Source of the DNA: Promethearchaeota archaeon
GTDB lineage: Archaea > Asgardarchaeota > Lokiarchaeia > Sigyniarchaeales > SOKP01
Length of the DNA: 64,000 nt
Assembly (NCBI GenBank): GCA_019057795.1
Contig: JAHLWS010000070.1
Coordinates: 138,353-202,352 of the forward strand
Reading direction: 5' to 3'
The position numbers and the translations under genes are program-made. Of this stretch, positions 62,445 to 64,000 are shown piece by piece (the first letter of the stretch is position 1; each line of letters starts with the position of its first letter). The notes beneath the pieces are model-generated. The model had not been told where the DNA came from. It worked only from the letters and a program-made list of their open reading frames with translations, and ran no database searches.

Positions 62445-62627
62445 TTGATAGCAAGTATCAATACTTTTATCCTAGATTCCATCCCGTATCTTTATATAAA
62501 CATTTTTGATATTCCAGTAGAAAATGTAATTCTAAGCAATATTTTTCTTCTGCTTGTTGGCATATCTTCTATAATATACGAATATATAGATATAAAGGAT
62601 AATATGAGCTCAAGAAAAGACCTATAA
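62445..62627 (+). CDS. Possible small single-TM protein
   Basis: 60-aa TTG ORF with one hydrophobic stretch. Confidence 0.4.
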   Translation: MIASINTFILDSIPYLYINIFDIPVENVILSNIFLLLVGISSIIYEYIDIKDNMSSRKDL

Positions 62628-62684
62628 ATTACATTGGTAAATTAATCTGTAGAATTTAAATAGGTGATTTTAAATAAAATATAG

Positions 62685-63311
62685 ATGATCACTTATCTTT
62701 TTCGTGTAAAATTTTTAAGCATAATTAACCAATTTTTACCCAACTTTGACGGCCTGTTTATCGAGATCAATTCGTTTATAGAATTGGTATTTGGGTATAT
62801 TAAATACGTTTTTTTTGGTATACTTCTCATTATCGGAATCTTAACCTTGTTGAGTTTAAGAGGGAAGTACTTTTTAGAGCGGATCAGATACAGCGAGGAA
62901 AAAAAATTAGCAGACAATCCTATGACGAAGCCTCGTTTGATTCTGGGGTCGTTATATATCGTTTTCGCGTTCGGAATTCTATTCGATTGGTTCACGTACT
63001 TCTTGCTTGCTGTTTTAGACCCTCTACCAGATCGACTCGTTTTTAATTTTATCTCTCTTTCAGGTATAATCGATCCGTTTACTACCAATAACATTTCGGA
63101 TATAAATAAGGCAGTGTATCCTTACGAGAAAACTATATATTACGGAATGGCAATCTGCTCGTTTCTAGCTCTCTTGACGATTACAATAAGTCTATGGCAG
63201 ATAATTAATAAGGAAGGAAGGATTACAAAAAAATCAATAAGCTCTTTAATTACTGGCGTCATAGGTGGATTAATTGCGGGATTTACAACCTGTCTTCCTT
63301 TGTTCCTCTAA
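62685..63311 (+). CDS. Membrane protein (about 4 TM), C-terminal hairpin similar to 63468..63686
   Basis: Two TM hairpins; SD-like AGGTGA upstream. Confidence 0.75.
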   Translation: MITYLFRVKFLSIINQFLPNFDGLFIEINSFIELVFGYIKYVFFGILLIIGILTLLSLRGKYFLERIRYSEEKKLADNPMTKPRLILGSLYIVFAFGILFDWFTYFLLAVLDPLPDRLVFNFISLSGIIDPFTTNNISDINKAVYPYEKTIYYGMAICSFLALLTITISLWQIINKEGRITKKSISSLITGVIGGLIAGFTTCLPLFL

Positions 63312-63467
63312 GTTGGAAAAAACTTATCTTCCATATTGAAAAACTATTTATGATAAAGCCACTATTAGGGGGAGGACAGTCATCCTTTTCCTTTTTCTTT
63401 TTCCTTTTATATATAACGAATTTATAATTTTATTAGAAAAAATAATTAATTAAAGGTAGTAAAAAAA

Positions 63468-63686
63468 ATGGATGTTGATACGTATTTTTCAAGTGTGGTG
63501 GCTGGTTTTGAGTTCCTAATAGCTTTAGGCTCACTTATCGGTTTATTTGGATTGGTAGTGGGAGCTCTTTTGCTATTCTTTGGAGGAAGACCTTTCAAAA
63601 GCAAAGGATTAAAAATTCTGCTTATTAGTATATTATTAGTGGTCGTTTGCGGTTTCAATGTGGGGATTAAATATTTTCGCCTTTAG
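63468..63686 (+). CDS. 72-aa two-TM hairpin protein (VirB2/CedA1 pilin-like architecture)
   Basis: Amphipathic N-terminus, TM, basic loop GRPFKSKG, TM. Confidence 0.7.
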   Translation: MDVDTYFSSVVAGFEFLIALGSLIGLFGLVVGALLLFFGGRPFKSKGLKILLISILLVVVCGFNVGIKYFRL

Positions 63687-63991
63687 TAAAAAAAATGATA
63701 ACCTCTTTTATTCGACCCTCCAGTAAAAAAGCTAAATAAATTTAAAGGATTACTGAGAAATAACCCAATCACTACCATTAGAATTCCTATTAATAATATT
63801 TTAATGGCACGTCTACTAGACAAAAACATGCAAATTATACCTAAAACAGTAATTAATAAACCAAGGGTTTGAAGAAGAGTTCCAACGCTTTTTAATGGAG
63901 ACAAACTAGAACTAATAAGATATCTCAGGTTACTCCCAAAATAAGGGAAGACAAACAAAGCGAAAACAAATATTCCTATTGTAATCCACAT
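63683..63991 (-). CDS. Small membrane protein (3 TM); may be truncated at the window edge
   Basis: TM, amphipathic helix, TM-SSRRAIK-TM. Confidence 0.65.
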   Translation of the reverse strand: MWITIGIFVFALFVFPYFGSNLRYLISSSLSPLKSVGTLLQTLGLLITVLGIICMFLSSRRAIKILLIGILMVVIGLFLSNPLNLFSFFTGGSNKRGYHFFY

Positions 63992-64000
63992 TATTTTAGA

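Overview
AT-rich, gene-dense archaeal chromosome segment, almost certainly from an Asgard archaeon of the Lokiarchaeia type. Evidence: a Loki-type profilin, four Ras-superfamily small GTPases, a RING protein, GET3, and a stand-alone 23S rRNA of about 3.3 kb with enlarged ES39 and ES9. Content is mostly core genome. Translation and ribosome biogenesis: NAC, aRF1, tRNA-iMet, aIF2-beta, NMD3, Rio1, Dim2, aIF1. Transcription: TFB, Rpo12. Also RPA1- and RPA2-like proteins, FtsZ, class III RNR, the archaeal pantothenate/CoA pathway (PanB, PanE, PoK, PPS, MfnA-type decarboxylase) and methanofuran genes. I saw no CRISPR array, transposase or integrase. The strongest observations not explained by the ORF track are: (1) aIF1/SUI1 and the ADH synthase gene have conserved N-termini reachable only from a non-canonical (ATT) start, which for aIF1 suggests IF3/eIF1-like autoregulation; (2) two tRNA genes carry three introns, none at the canonical 37/38 site; (3) a symmetric BHB-like insertion of about 30 nt in 23S helix 91, plus rare peptidyl-transferase-centre variants; (4) a Rab with all five RabF motifs fused to a 400-aa repeat-bearing tail ending in a zinc ribbon; (5) a cluster of related pilin-like hairpin membrane proteins at the right edge; (6) a GNAT gene split at an A10 run. 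All family calls come from motif recognition by eye, not database searches.
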